The position numbers and the translations under genes were made by a program. A DNA stretch of 64,000 bases from the NCBI RefSeq assembly GCF_001949145.1, contig NW_019091361.1, positions 744,001 through 808,000 on the forward strand, written 5' to 3'. The notes under the pieces were generated by a model. The model had not been told where the DNA came from, searched no databases, and saw nothing but the letters and a program-made list of their open reading frames with translations. Source of the stretch: Acanthaster planci (Eukaryota). Within the stretch, counting starts at the first letter, position 1. The number at the start of each line of letters is the position of its first letter. This document shows, in pieces, positions 62,015 through 64,000 of the stretch.

Positions 62015-64000
62015 CCCACGAGCAGACATTTCTTCAGCTTGCACTCACAGCCAAATTTTTTATGCTTGGGTAAAACAAAACATGAACTAACAGATCAGTG
62101 CTGGCAATTTTCTTTTTTTTAAATGTTAACTTTATTGGAAGTTGACACAGATGTGCTCAGAGAAACACTACATATTTGTTTCAACAGCACTAATTATCAA
62201 ACTAAATTTATAAAAAAAGTCCTGTAAGTACAAGGCATTTTATGTGATATAAAATTCTGAAATACAACAGCTGTTCAAGGAAAAAATAATCTGGTAAAGG
62301 ATGATAACCAGTAATTCATCCAAGAAAAAGGTAAACTGGGTGTAAGAGGATCTCTGACTATTTGACTGAAAAATTCTCATGAATGTTAATCTTGTGGTCA
62401 GTTGTTTTTCTGATGTTGCACCTTGATTATGCACTAAGAATATGTTTAATTTAAGGAGAAAATGGAGGTGTTTATTCATGACTTTGAGTAATCTGAACTT
62501 TTGTGTAAATGCTGCCATAGAAATGAAAAACATTCAAGTCTTGCCAGTCTTCTCTTTAAAAATTTAGCTTTTTAACAATTAAGCTTGTCTGGATCTCTTA
62601 ACAACACTCTTTTTTTAAAAAAAGGAAACAGTCTACGAGCTCTGAATAGGTTCGGCTGATACACCAACCTCAATAACTGGACAGACTGTGATAACTTACA
62701 GCCACATTTCTGCCAATTCTTGTTTTCCGAAACTGCACAACGCTAAATTTAAACAAAGTTGTGATTATAATCTTATAGGGCCAGTTTGCATTTTTATTTT
62801 TGCCCTATGAAACTTTTGAGGGAAAAAAAATGAGCACATACATGTACAGCATGGAGAAACAAAGATAGTGATGAGTCCACCGTGTCTAGTTAGTCATATA
62901 GAAGTCTGTGGTTCTGTAGGAACTTTGCAAATACATTTCCCACTGAAGAAAATATAAATCAGTTCCTCTGAACTTTTGATAGGCGTATCACTGGAATAAG
63001 GTTAGTTACTATACATGTATCAGATTAATTCTATGCCAATCATGATCTCAGTATTTTTAGATCATGTAATTCATCAGCTATCTTGCTTTCTCCATTATGC
63101 ACGCTTCTTGAGGAAGCTACTAGAGACCCTCCAGCCAGCTGGACTATTAGTGATTACCACCTAGGGCAGATATGGGTATCATGGCATGGCCCACTTAATG
63201 CATTCATGTACATGTAATCCTCAATGACACATTTGAGCTAATTGAATGCACAAAAATTGTTTCCTCAAAACCAGTTTCTTTGCTGAATATTGTGACAATG
63301 ATCAACATTACCTACACACTACTTAACAGATTACAAAATCAAGTATCTATAAACTAAATTATACCTGTCAAAATATTTACCACTGATTAAGGATCTCTGC
63401 TTATCTGTATACACAAAGTATAGTAGGCTCTGTTTAAATATATGCAAAGTGTCAATGTACAATTGATTTTACAATTTACATCTCCCTTCCTGAATATGCT
63501 TTCATTTCCTTTTATATAAACATCTGCAGTTGTAGGATTACATGCAAAAATACAAATACTCTGTATTGGTTATTTCCTTTTTACTTTTGTACAAAAATAA
63601 TAAATGATGTGCAAAATATTGGAACTGTTCTGTACACAAGAATGTTATGCTTGTAGTTGTGTCTCCTTAGTTTAGACTTTGCGATTTAAATTGTAAGCGA
63701 AAATTTGGAAATTTCAGGTTTGGTTTATACACAAATTGGATTGTACATGAGCATTGCTGAGGGTGGGATGAATTTCAAGATTTGAACAATGATTCTGCTC
63801 TTAGAATCCATCTCCTTCATTTGTCACACACATCAGTCAAAAAAGAAGAACGTTTATTAAAAGAAACCTGTCGCCAAGCCAGTGATATGCTTAGTTTCTT
63901 GCAAAGGACTGAAAAAAGTCTCTTCAATCAAATCACGGGGGAGGAATCCTCTGCTAATTATTTTGATTTATATTTTTCTTGAAGTCACCTAGTCTTCCTC

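Overview
AT-rich eukaryotic genomic DNA with spliceosomal introns, probably a marine invertebrate; the taxon is only a guess from repeat style. There is one assembly gap (53143-54093). Two spliced protein-coding genes can be rebuilt by hand, both on the + strand. (1) A complete viperin/RSAD2 gene (6880-16984). It carries TWO diverged, intact copies of its first coding exon (1A 6880-7222, 1B 10533-10974). Each copy has its own ATG, membrane-anchor N-terminus, CxxxCxxC radical-SAM motif and phase-1 donor, and both sit in front of ONE shared set of six downstream exons (predicted 360-aa and 393-aa isoforms). (2) A six-exon ARV1 gene (52419-62014, 242 aa), apparently head-to-head with an unidentified minus-strand transcript. 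The rest is intronic or intergenic: decayed LINE and SINE pieces, several non-autonomous DNA transposons with visible TIRs and target-site duplications, two minisatellites, and a very high density of TA-flanked motifs (TACATGTA, TAGGCCTA, TACCGGTA, TACAGTA) that resemble Tc1/mariner excision footprints. Most ORFs in the supplied track are spurious.
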